Assembly (NCBI GenBank): GCA_004297205.1
Contig: SCUL01000001.1
Span: forward strand, 29,862-93,861
Length of the DNA stretch: 64,000 bases
Reading direction: 5' to 3'
Source of the DNA: Patescibacteria group bacterium
Lineage (GTDB): Bacteria; Patescibacteriota; Patescibacteriia; 2-12-FULL-57-11
Part shown: piece by piece, positions 31,802-40,233 of the stretch
How positions within the stretch are numbered: position 1 is the stretch's first letter
Layout: each line of letters starts with the position of its first letter
Made by a program: the position numbers and the translations under genes
The notes under the pieces: model-generated
Told to the model about the DNA's origin: nothing
What the model saw: the letters and a program-made list of their open reading frames with translations, nothing else
Database searches by the model: none

Positions 31802-31884
31802 TCCTCCTCCATGCAGGTTTTGCCACGCCGTTGCTTCCTCCGTCAACCCTTCCCGGTCGGGTCGTTCCCGCGTATGCTCGGGCC

Positions 31885-33243
31885 ATGAAATACGGCACGC
31901 CGGTCTCCGGCACCATCAGCAGCGTGTCTCCCGAGGGGCCGGGCGTCTTTGAAAAGGACGGCCGCACCTTTGCCGTGCGCTTCGCCGTCCCCGGCGACCA
32001 GGTGGACGGCACCTTCCGTCGGCGTGACAAAAAGACGCTCTTCCTCGACGCGCAGGTCACATCACCTTCCTCGGACCGCGTGACGCCGCGCTGCCCGTTC
32101 GCCGGCCGCTGCGGCGGCTGCGCCTGGCAACAGATGGACTACCCGGCGCAGCTTGAATGGAAACGACGTCTGGTCCACCAGGCGTTGGGCGACCACATCG
32201 GGTCGCCCCTGCCGCCGGTGGAACCGTCGCCGGACATTTTCTACTACCGCAACCGGATGGACTACGTCTTCGGCACCGACGGCACGCTCGGGCTCAAGGA
32301 ACCGGAAAAATGGTGGAGCGTGCTCGACCTCACGGACTGCCATCTGCTCTCGCCGGAGACGCCGCGCATCCTGGCCGAAGTGCGCGTCTGGGCGAAACGG
32401 CACGGGCTGACCTTCTGGAACGGGCGTTCCGGCACCGGACTCTTGCGGTACCTGATGATCCGTGAAGGCAAGCATACCGGTGAACGGCTCCTGAACCTCG
32501 TGACGAGCGCCGAACCGCTGCCGGACGATGCCGCGCATGATCTCGTCGCCCGCCTCTCCCCGCTCGCCACCTCCATCGTCCATGGCGTGCAGCCGAAGAT
32601 CACCGACCTGTCGCTGGCCGAGACGTTCCGCGTGCTCCACGGTTCGCTCGAGCTTCATGAAAAGCTGACGGACCACGCCTTCGCCATCCACCCCAACAGC
32701 TTCTTCCAGACCAACACCAAAGGCGCCGAGCAGATCGTGCACACCCTGCGCGGCATCTTCGGCGCGGACCGCACGGAGCAGGCGTTGCTCGACTTGTACT
32801 GCGGCGTGGGCGCGCTCGGCATCAATCTCGCCGACCGCTTCAAAACGGTGCGCGGCATCGAAGTCGACGCCGACGCCATCGCGCTGGCGCAGAAGAACGC
32901 CGCGGCGAACGACATCGGCAACGCGACGTTCGAGGCCGCCAAAGTCGAAGACGTGGTGACGCGTCCCGGTGCGGCGCTGGCCGAACAGATGAGCACGAGC
33001 GACGCCGTCATCCTGGATCCGCCGCGCGCCGGACTGCATCCGCGCGTCGTCAAAACGCTCGTCGCCTCCGGTCCGGCGGACGCCGTCTACGTCTCCTGCA
33101 ACTACCGGATGTTGGCCCGCGAGCTGCCGGAGATCCTCACCGCCTACCGCATCGCCTCGATCCGGCTCGTCGACCTGTTCCCCCACACCCCGCACGTCGA
33201 GACGGTGGTACACTTGCAACGAACGTCGAAACGTGGTACCTGA
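31885..33243 (+). CDS. rlmD: 23S rRNA (uracil-5)-methyltransferase, RlmD/RumA family
   Basis: C..CGGC Fe-S motif, YRNR, SFFQTN, DLYCGVG, DPPR, YVSCN, DLFPHTPHVE. Confidence 0.9.
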   Translation: MKYGTPVSGTISSVSPEGPGVFEKDGRTFAVRFAVPGDQVDGTFRRRDKKTLFLDAQVTSPSSDRVTPRCPFAGRCGGCAWQQMDYPAQLEWKRRLVHQALGDHIGSPLPPVEPSPDIFYYRNRMDYVFGTDGTLGLKEPEKWWSVLDLTDCHLLSPETPRILAEVRVWAKRHGLTFWNGRSGTGLLRYLMIREGKHTGERLLNLVTSAEPLPDDAAHDLVARLSPLATSIVHGVQPKITDLSLAETFRVLHGSLELHEKLTDHAFAIHPNSFFQTNTKGAEQIVHTLRGIFGADRTEQALLDLYCGVGALGINLADRFKTVRGIEVDADAIALAQKNAAANDIGNATFEAAKVEDVVTRPGAALAEQMSTSDAVILDPPRAGLHPRVVKTLVASGPADAVYVSCNYRMLARELPEILTAYRIASIRLVDLFPHTPHVETVVHLQRTSKRGT

Positions 33244-33248
33244 CCCGC

Positions 33249-34133
33249 ATGACTCCCTCCCCCGAACTCAAGAAATCCGGCTTCGCCGTCCTCATCGGAC
33301 GTTCCAATGTCGGCAAGTCGACGCTCTTGAACGCGCTCGTCGGCACCAAAGTCGCCATCACGAGCCCCAAACCGCAGACCACCCGCCAGGCCATCCAAGG
33401 CATCGTCCATGATCCGCGCGGGCAGATCGTCTTCGTCGACACGCCGGGCGTTTTTGAAAAGGCGCGCGATCCGCTCACCAAGCACCTCAACGCCGCGGCG
33501 CGCGAGGCGCTGCAGGGCGTCGACCTGGTCATCTACGTGGCCGATCCGACGCGCGAAATCGGCAACGAAGAGCACATCGTGCTCCGCCTTCTGGAAGGCG
33601 TGACCGCGCCGAAAATCCTGGCCATCAACAAAACGGACCTGCGCAACCTGCCGTTCATCGAGGAGTACAAGGCGCTGGCCGACCGTTTCGACCGCGTCGT
33701 GGAAATTTCCGCGCTCCACCAGGTCAACCTGAAGCCGCTCATCGACGCCGCCATCGAACTGCTCCCCGCGGGCGAACCGTTTTATCCGCTCTACCAGTTT
33801 TCGAACATCGACCACCGCTTCTGGCTCTCCGAGCTGATCCGCGAGAAACTGTTCATCCAGCTGCAGCAGGAACTCCCCTACTCCACGGCCGTCGAAATCG
33901 ACGAGGTCGAGGACCGCGAAACGAACGAAGGAAAAAAGATCCGCTACATCAAGGCGCGGATCCTGACCAACGGCCAGCAGTACAAGCGCATGATCATCGG
34001 CGCCGGCGGCCGCAAGATCAAGGAAATCGGCTGGGCGACGCGCAAGGAACTGGAGCAGATTCTGGACACGCGCGTCTTCCTGGAGCTCGAAGTCGAGGTC
34101 GACCCGGACTGGATGCTGCGGATGGGCGCCTGA
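33249..34133 (+). CDS. era: GTPase Era
   Basis: GRSNVGKSTL, PQTTR, DTPG, NKTD, KH domain. Confidence 0.97.
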   Translation: MTPSPELKKSGFAVLIGRSNVGKSTLLNALVGTKVAITSPKPQTTRQAIQGIVHDPRGQIVFVDTPGVFEKARDPLTKHLNAAAREALQGVDLVIYVADPTREIGNEEHIVLRLLEGVTAPKILAINKTDLRNLPFIEEYKALADRFDRVVEISALHQVNLKPLIDAAIELLPAGEPFYPLYQFSNIDHRFWLSELIREKLFIQLQQELPYSTAVEIDEVEDRETNEGKKIRYIKARILTNGQQYKRMIIGAGGRKIKEIGWATRKELEQILDTRVFLELEVEVDPDWMLRMGA

Positions 34134-34149
34134 GGTATACTGGGCGGGT

Positions 34150-34893
34150 ATGCCCAAGCCCAAAAAACCCTCGCCCGAACGTTTCCATGGCGACCTGGCC
34201 CGCATCTGCCGCAACCTCGTGACGGAAGAATACGGCGAACGGCCGCTCGATTTCCGCAAGGAATTCTCCTGGCGCATCTTCCGCATCATGTCGGAATTCG
34301 TGGAGGGCTTCGAGTTCCTCTACGACCTGCGCCGCGAAGTCTCGTTTTTCGGATCGGCGCGCTTCAAAGAGACGAACTACCACTACAAGGAAGCGCAGGA
34401 ACTTGCCCGGATGCTGGCCAAGGAAGGGTTCACCATGATCACCGGCGGCGGTCCGGGCATCATGGAGGCGGCCAACCGCGGCGCCGTGGAAGGCAAGGGA
34501 TTGTCCGTGGGGCTGAACATCCAGCTGCCGAACGAACAGCGCGTCAATCCATGGGTGCGCCGTTCCATGGCCTTCCACTACTTCTTCACCCGCAAGGTGA
34601 TGTTGTCGATCAGCGCCCAGGCGTACGTCTTCTTCCCGGGCGGGTTCGGCACGTTGGACGAATTTTTCGAACTGGTGACGCTGGTGCAGACCAAGAAGGT
34701 CGAACCGATCAAGATCATCTGCGTCGGCAAGGATTATTGGCAGACCCTCGACACCTGGATCGCCAAACACGTCGAGCACGAGCACCATGCCATCAACCCG
34801 CAGGACCGCAAGATCTACACCATCGTCAGCGACATCCACGAAGCCTTCGCCATCCTCAAAAAGACGAAAGAGAAGAAATACGGTAACTCCTGA
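34150..34893 (+). CDS. LOG-family protein (TIGR00730-like)
   Basis: FGSAR, TGGGPGIMEA, PGGFGTLDE. Confidence 0.92.
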   Translation: MPKPKKPSPERFHGDLARICRNLVTEEYGERPLDFRKEFSWRIFRIMSEFVEGFEFLYDLRREVSFFGSARFKETNYHYKEAQELARMLAKEGFTMITGGGPGIMEAANRGAVEGKGLSVGLNIQLPNEQRVNPWVRRSMAFHYFFTRKVMLSISAQAYVFFPGGFGTLDEFFELVTLVQTKKVEPIKIICVGKDYWQTLDTWIAKHVEHEHHAINPQDRKIYTIVSDIHEAFAILKKTKEKKYGNS

Positions 34894-34895
34894 GT

Positions 34896-35183
34896 ATGGA
34901 AACCTCCCGGAAGTTCGAGATGGAACAGACGCCGCCCTGGGTCGCGGAAGGGCTGGCCAAGGTCGCGCGCTGGCTCGAAGCCGATGCCGTGACCTACGAC
35001 CGCGCCTCCGATGCCGAGGCGGCCGAGCAAAAACGTGAACATGCCGAAGCCATCATCGGCCTGGCCAAGGGCAACGGCTCGGACGACCTGCGCAAACAAG
35101 CCATCGAATTCCTCAAAGCCTCGCGGGTGCCGAACTGGGAGAACATCATCGAATATTTGAAAGGGATGGATTTCCACGAATAA
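34896..35183 (+). CDS. Hypothetical protein
   Basis: ORF 2 nt after LOG, native codon style, followed by a terminator. Confidence 0.6.
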   Translation: METSRKFEMEQTPPWVAEGLAKVARWLEADAVTYDRASDAEAAEQKREHAEAIIGLAKGNGSDDLRKQAIEFLKASRVPNWENIIEYLKGMDFHE

Positions 35184-35213
35184 GAAAACTCCCCCGGCCG
35201 GGGGAGTTTTCTT
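35182..35213. terminator. Bidirectional terminator
   Basis: Perfect palindrome AAGAAAACTCCCCCGGCCGGGGGAGTTTTCTT between convergent genes. Confidence 0.85.
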
Positions 35214-35229
35214 TTGCGCGCAGGGCGCA

Positions 35230-36117
35230 TCAAGAGTTGGTGTTGGACGCGTCGTCGTCGTCGTTTTCATCCTCGACGTCGCCGCGGTTGACGTTCGCGT
35301 TGGTCGTCGTGCGGGTCGCGCGCAGGGCTTCGAGCGCGGCCTTGCGCGTCGTGCGTGCGGTCTCCACAGCCGTCTTCAGCGTTTCGCGCGCGGACAGGGT
35401 GGACGCTTTGTACGCGGACTGCGCGTCGGACAACGCGGCGCGGTAGGTCTTGTTGGCGGATTCCACCGCGGCGACGTACGCGGTGCGGGCGGCGGCGACG
35501 TCCGACTTCAGCTTCTGCTGCGCGGCGGACAACGCGGCGCGGTCCGTGGTGTTGCAGATGGAAGACTTGAACGCGGCGACGGCGCTGTCGACGGCGGCCT
35601 TGCGCGTACTGAGTGCGCTGTCCATCGCCGCACGGCGGACCGCATGCGCTGCATCAACCGCGGCACGCCGGATTTCGAGCTGTCCGCTGACGGCGCTGCG
35701 ATGCGCGGCCTTGGCGGCTTCAACGCCCGCAGCGAACGCGTCGTTGATGGCCTTCACGTCCGCATTGCCGGAAAACTTCTCGTCGGCCTTGGCCTTGCGC
35801 TCCGCGATTTTGGCATCCACCTCGCCGCGGCGCTCTTCGAGTTTCGTGTCACGCGCGGCGCGCTGCTTGGCCAAGCGGGAGTCGATTTCTCCCCGCTTGT
35901 CACTGAGCTTCTTTGAGGTGTCGGCGCGGCGGGCATCGAGCCTTGCTTCCTGGGCGGCGATCCGCTCAACCAACTGGGCGTAGCGCGGATTCGTGCAGAA
36001 ACCCGCCGCGGAGGGCGTCGTCGTCCCTGTTTCCTGAGCGGATACCAGGTTCGCGGTCAGCAGCTGTGCCGCAAGTCCGAGCGCGACTGCCGAGACGATG
36101 GGTCGTTTCATAGGCAT
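35230..36117 (-). CDS. Secreted Ala-rich coiled-coil protein
   Basis: Signal peptide, long helical A/K/R-rich body, acidic tail. Confidence 0.75.
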   Translation of the reverse strand: MPMKRPIVSAVALGLAAQLLTANLVSAQETGTTTPSAAGFCTNPRYAQLVERIAAQEARLDARRADTSKKLSDKRGEIDSRLAKQRAARDTKLEERRGEVDAKIAERKAKADEKFSGNADVKAINDAFAAGVEAAKAAHRSAVSGQLEIRRAAVDAAHAVRRAAMDSALSTRKAAVDSAVAAFKSSICNTTDRAALSAAQQKLKSDVAAARTAYVAAVESANKTYRAALSDAQSAYKASTLSARETLKTAVETARTTRKAALEALRATRTTTNANVNRGDVEDENDDDDASNTNS

Positions 36118-36164
36118 GGGGATGAATGATGTCCGTAAGAATATACCATGTTGCCAGCCTTCCG

Positions 36165-37187
36165 TTACAGACGGTCCGAGCGCTCGACGCTCTTGCCGAT
36201 GAGGACGAATCCCAAAAACACCGCGATGTACGGGAGATGGCCGGTCAAGTCAGAGACCGGCAGGAAGATCGCGCTGACGCAAAACAGCAGCGCCAGGAAC
36301 GCGGCGAGCGGACGCAGCAGCCAGCCAGTCAGGAGCAAGCAGGCGATGACGATCTCGACCGCGGCGATCATGAACAGATAGAGGTTTTCCGAGAGCGCCG
36401 GCCAAATTGTGGAACGGAGGATGACCAGCGGATTCCAGGCGGCATGGGCCGCGATCAACGCCAGGTGCAGCTCCGGATGCCACAGCTTGTCGATGCCGCC
36501 CCAGAGCAACGCCAAGCCCGTGACGATGCGCAGGACCGACAACGCCACCGGCTTCATGTGCGCCGTGTCCATGGCGAACACGATGCGCGAGAAGACCGCG
36601 CCGAGCGCCAGCCGCCCGCGGCCCCAGACGAACAGGAAGAAACCGACGCCGAGGAAGAACAGGTTTTCGACGGCCGGAACGCCGTGCAGGGCGAAACTCC
36701 AGACGACGAGCACGATCAGGCCGCCGGCGGCGACCCGCGCGAACAGGCCGAGGACCAACAGCGCCGCGATGACCAGCTGGGCGATGACGAGCGCGGTGCC
36801 GCTGGACGTGTCCGGCAGCGCCAGATGCGGCGCCAGCAGCGTGCGGCCGAGCGCGGACACCGCCAGGACGACCGCCGTGGCCAGGCCGACCGCCAGCGGC
36901 ACGAACGGGGCGGTGCGTGCCAACGACACGGACGCGCCGCGGCCGAACTGCAGGCGGCGCAACCATCCGTCGACGATCCGCGCGGCCACGAGGACGAGGA
37001 GCGCGGCGACGATGGCAATCGGGATGTGCCAGCCGAAACTGCGGAAAAAGGCCGGCGTCTCCCCGACCGCGCCGCCGACGAACCAGCGTTCATGGGCGCG
37101 TGCAACAACGGGAAACGCAAACGCGGCCGCCGTAGCGACCGCCGTCCCCCATCGGCGCAGACGCGCGCGCTGGAGCATACGTGTCAT
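36165..37187 (-). CDS. DoxX-family membrane protein
   Basis: AHERWF, LR...G......GIDK, E......LL.G...R, GHLP; ATG overlaps the trx stop. Confidence 0.75.
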   Translation of the reverse strand: MTRMLQRARLRRWGTAVATAAAFAFPVVARAHERWFVGGAVGETPAFFRSFGWHIPIAIVAALLVLVAARIVDGWLRRLQFGRGASVSLARTAPFVPLAVGLATAVVLAVSALGRTLLAPHLALPDTSSGTALVIAQLVIAALLVLGLFARVAAGGLIVLVVWSFALHGVPAVENLFFLGVGFFLFVWGRGRLALGAVFSRIVFAMDTAHMKPVALSVLRIVTGLALLWGGIDKLWHPELHLALIAAHAAWNPLVILRSTIWPALSENLYLFMIAAVEIVIACLLLTGWLLRPLAAFLALLFCVSAIFLPVSDLTGHLPYIAVFLGFVLIGKSVERSDRL

Positions 37188-37444
37188 TTCTTTGCCGCCC
37201 ACTTCTTAAGCTCTTCGTACGAGACTTCGCCACAGATGCTCTCTCCGGTTTCCGTATTGAAGAAAAACGGCACGCCGCCGCAGATCCCCTTGTCGTAGTC
37301 CTGCATCCTCTGCTGGTTGACATCGTCATGCCAGACTTCGTAACTCTCGACCGCAACGCCGGTTTCCTTCTTCAACCGTTCAATAAGCGGCTTCATGCGC
37401 GTGCAGTGCGGACATTCGCGGCCGTAGAATTCAAGGAGGGGCAT
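37184..37444 (-). CDS. Thioredoxin/glutaredoxin-like protein
   Basis: FYGRECPHC, CGGVPFF; start reset to MPLLEF. Confidence 0.85.
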   Translation of the reverse strand: MPLLEFYGRECPHCTRMKPLIERLKKETGVAVESYEVWHDDVNQQRMQDYDKGICGGVPFFFNTETGESICGEVSYEELKKWAAKK

Positions 37445-37484
37445 AGAAAGGGTGATGCCGCCATCATAGCATCGGCGCGGAAAA

Positions 37485-37516
37485 CCAAAAACCCCGCCGT
37501 GAGGCGGGGTTTTTGG
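37485..37516. terminator. Intrinsic terminator
   Basis: CCAAAAACCCCGCC-GTGA-GGCGGGGTTTTTGG. Confidence 0.85.
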
Positions 37517-37524
37517 GCCCTTCG

Positions 37525-37875
37525 TTAGAAGGAGCGTCCCTGCCGGCGGTTGCGGTTGCAATCGCGGCAGTAGACCGGACGGTCGCTGGACGGCTGGAAC
37601 GGGAGTTCCGTCACGTCCGCGCCGCAGGAGGCGCATTTGAGGCCCATTGCGGCCACGTCGACCATCGGCCGGGGCGCGCCGCGGTCGGCGCCGCCCATTG
37701 CCGGGCGGTCGGACTGCTTGCGGTTGCGGTTGCAATCGCGGCAGTAGACCGGGCGGTCCGACGTCGGCTGGAACGGGAGCTCAGTGATCGCCGCTCCGCA
37801 ACCGGCGCATTTGAGGCCCATTGCAGACACGTCGACCATCTGGCGCGCTCCGAAGCTGTTGTTGTCGTAAGCCAT
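37525..37875 (-). CDS. Tandem CxxC-x17-CxxC zinc-ribbon protein
   Basis: Two near-identical CxxCG..TELPFQP.SDRPVYCRDC units. Confidence 0.9.
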   Translation of the reverse strand: MAYDNNSFGARQMVDVSAMGLKCAGCGAAITELPFQPTSDRPVYCRDCNRNRKQSDRPAMGGADRGAPRPMVDVAAMGLKCASCGADVTELPFQPSSDRPVYCRDCNRNRRQGRSF

Positions 37876-37974
37876 GTTATTGGTGCTACGGTGGTGAATG
37901 ATTCGACCTTTCGCGGACCGTGCACCGTTCTCTATCGAATCGATAGCTGGTTTGACACGTCTCGCACGCCGAAC

Positions 37975-38003
37975 AAGATATCACATTCCCAGAGGAATGT
38001 CAA
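37975..38003 (-). promoter_or_regulatory. Sigma70 promoter with an overlapping inverted repeat
   Basis: TTGACA-N17-TATCTT (TG-extended); ACATTCC-N4-GGAATGT at 37983-38000. Confidence 0.7.
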
Positions 38004-38016
38004 CCCTTCTGAAAGT

Positions 38017-38063
38017 ATAAAAAGAGGACGCTTTTAGGCGTCCCTCCGCGGGGTTCCGCGGAG
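38017..38063 (-). terminator. Tandem hairpin terminator of 38069-39220
   Basis: CTCCGCGG..CCGCGGAG and GGACGC..GCGTCC followed by TCTTTTTAT. Confidence 0.65.
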
Positions 38064-38068
38064 ACCGG

Positions 38069-39220
38069 TCAGCGCGAGCGCCGACCGGTCGTCTGGCCGC
38101 CGCGCTGCGACGGCAGCGGCGGGGGCGACTTGCCGCCACCGGACGGGGGCGACACCGGCACGGCGCCGACCGTGGTCCTGACGTCGTCCTCGTCGAGCTC
38201 GAGCGGCCCGTCGCCGTCGGGCTTCTTCTCCTTGTCCTTCTCGGCCTGCCCGCGCAGCAGGTCTTCGAGGGCGGCGTCGTCCTCGTCCGGATCCGACGCG
38301 GCACCGTCGCCCTTGCCGATCTCGACGATCGGCTCGTCGCTGTCGCCGTCGGGCTTCTTCGCCGGCGGCGGTGTCGTCGGCACCTTCTCGTCGTCGTCCG
38401 GATCACCGGTCGGGGCGAGCGTGGTCGACGCCGGAGGCGACGCGGGCTCCGCCGGAGGCTCGGGCTTCTTGACGAAGCCGAACGTCTGCGCAGCGGCCCG
38501 GATCGGCCGCATCAGCAGCGGGATCGGGAGGTGCTCCGACAGCACGTCCGTGCTGGCGACGAGCGCCATCACGTCGACGCTGAACGCCACACCCTGCGGC
38601 AGCGGACTCGCATCCGGCGCGCCCTTGCCGTCGTTCACCCCGCGCGCCGTGCGGATGATCTCGACGAGCACCTCCTTCGGCAGGTACTCGACGTAGGCCT
38701 CGATGCCGATCGCGTCCTCGATCGCGTGGAGCGTGCGCGTCGGACCCCCCCCGAGCTCGAACTCCTTGAACGCGGTGAGGCACGCGCGGACGAGCGTCCG
38801 GTGCTCGGGCGTGTCCTTCTCGTCCCACTTCTTGTCCTCGAGGAGCCCCCAGAGCTTGTCGGGCTCGAAGATGCGGACGAGCTCCTGCGCCGTGATGTAG
38901 CGGTAGATCGCGTCCTTCCCGAGCTCCTGCGCCGCGACCGCCGCCTCCAGGAGCTGCGTAGCGACCGCGCTGCCGAGCGTCTTGGCCGTGGCGCGGCCGA
39001 TGGCGCTGAAGCAGCCGCAGACCACGTCCGCGATGCGCTCGTCCTCCTGCGCCGCCGCGTACCGCTCGAAGACCAGCTTCGGCGGGAACGCCGCGTAGAG
39101 GTCGCTCCCCGTGATGTCCCCCGAGGCCTTGGCCTCGGGGATGACGCTCACGAGGAACTTCTTCCCGTTGTCGAAGAGCTTCTCGTAGTCGGGAAGCTTC
39201 ACTCCCCTGGTATCCACCAT
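38069..39220 (-). CDS. Hypothetical helical-repeat protein with an acidic/Pro-rich tail (cassette-type)
   Basis: SD GGAGG before MVDTRG; strongly GAG/AAG/CTC codon usage. Confidence 0.75.
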   Translation of the reverse strand: MVDTRGVKLPDYEKLFDNGKKFLVSVIPEAKASGDITGSDLYAAFPPKLVFERYAAAQEDERIADVVCGCFSAIGRATAKTLGSAVATQLLEAAVAAQELGKDAIYRYITAQELVRIFEPDKLWGLLEDKKWDEKDTPEHRTLVRACLTAFKEFELGGGPTRTLHAIEDAIGIEAYVEYLPKEVLVEIIRTARGVNDGKGAPDASPLPQGVAFSVDVMALVASTDVLSEHLPIPLLMRPIRAAAQTFGFVKKPEPPAEPASPPASTTLAPTGDPDDDEKVPTTPPPAKKPDGDSDEPIVEIGKGDGAASDPDEDDAALEDLLRGQAEKDKEKKPDGDGPLELDEDDVRTTVGAVPVSPPSGGGKSPPPLPSQRGGQTTGRRSR

Positions 39221-39255
39221 GTCGTCCTCCGTTTCTCCCGTCGTGGGGTGCCGAC

Positions 39256-39284
39256 ACCCTTTCAAACCTGAAGGTTTCTGTCAA
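39256..39284 (-). promoter_or_regulatory. Sigma70-like promoter
   Basis: TTGACA-N17-AAGGGT with a TG extension. Confidence 0.5.
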
Positions 39285-39289
39285 TCCCT

Positions 39290-40180
39290 TTATGGCAGCT
39301 TGATCCGGCCCCGCTCCATGCTGATCAAACCATCAGCAGCCAGCCCGGTCAGCGCTTTCACGACGCGCAGTTCGGTGATGCCGCGGTCGCGTTGTTGCAG
39401 CGAGGTGAGCAGCGCCGGCACGGCCAGGCTCGGCCGCTCGCGCAGCAGCATCAGGACGAGTCCGCGCACGTAGCGTTGCGACTCCTTGAACGGCACGACT
39501 TTCTTCCTCCGCGACGCGGTGATCTCCATCCCCTTCCGCTCGATGGCCGGCCGCGCTTTGCAGACGGTAGCGAGCGGACAAGAGACGCACGCCGGACGCT
39601 TCGCGGTACAGACCGCGGAACCGAAATCCATGATCGCCTGATTCCAGTCGTAGCTGCCGCGCGGCACCAATGCATCGGCCGCGTCCTGCAACGCCGCATC
39701 GTCCTTGGCCGCCCTCCCCCACTCCGGCCCGAAGACGACGCGCTGCACCCAGCGACGCACGTTCACGTCGAGCACCGACAGCCGTGCGCCGAAAGCGAAC
39801 ACGGCGAGCGCGCGGCTGGTGTACGGGCCCACGCCGGGCAACTCTTGCAGCCCGTCGACATCTTTCGGCCAACCGCCACGCGCCACGACGGCTTGGGCCG
39901 TCTTCTGCAGAAACAACGCCCTGCGGTTGTAGCCGAGTCCTCCCCACAGACGGATGACATCCGCCGCAGACGCGCCGGCCAGCGCCTCGACCGTGGGAAA
40001 CCGTTCCAGGAACCGTTCGTAAAAAGGAATGACACGGTCGACCTGCGTCTGCTGGAGCATGACTTCGGACACCAGGATGCGGTACGGATCCGTCTCGCCG
40101 CGCCACGGCAGCATGCGGCCGTGGCGGCGGTACCAGGCAAGCACTCTTTTGGCGATGATCGGGCGATCTGGCGGCGGCAT
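39290..40180 (-). CDS. mutY: A/G-specific adenine glycosylase
   Basis: LPWR, VSEVMLQQTQV, GLGY.RRA, HhH LPGVGPYT, C-x6-C-x2-C-x5-C. Confidence 0.93.
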   Translation of the reverse strand: MPPPDRPIIAKRVLAWYRRHGRMLPWRGETDPYRILVSEVMLQQTQVDRVIPFYERFLERFPTVEALAGASAADVIRLWGGLGYNRRALFLQKTAQAVVARGGWPKDVDGLQELPGVGPYTSRALAVFAFGARLSVLDVNVRRWVQRVVFGPEWGRAAKDDAALQDAADALVPRGSYDWNQAIMDFGSAVCTAKRPACVSCPLATVCKARPAIERKGMEITASRRKKVVPFKESQRYVRGLVLMLLRERPSLAVPALLTSLQQRDRGITELRVVKALTGLAADGLISMERGRIKLP

Positions 40181-40233
40181 GACGATACCCTACCACCATT
40201 GACGGGACGCCGAAAATCCGCTAGCTTCGCCCC

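Noticed and set aside
35230-35300. RGD motif in the secreted coiled-coil protein
   Set aside because: A single tripeptide in a low-complexity tail; likely chance.
37540-37840. Direct repeat as a mobile element or DGR template/variable pair
   Set aside because: An in-frame domain duplication; differences are not adenine-specific and no reverse transcriptase is in the window.
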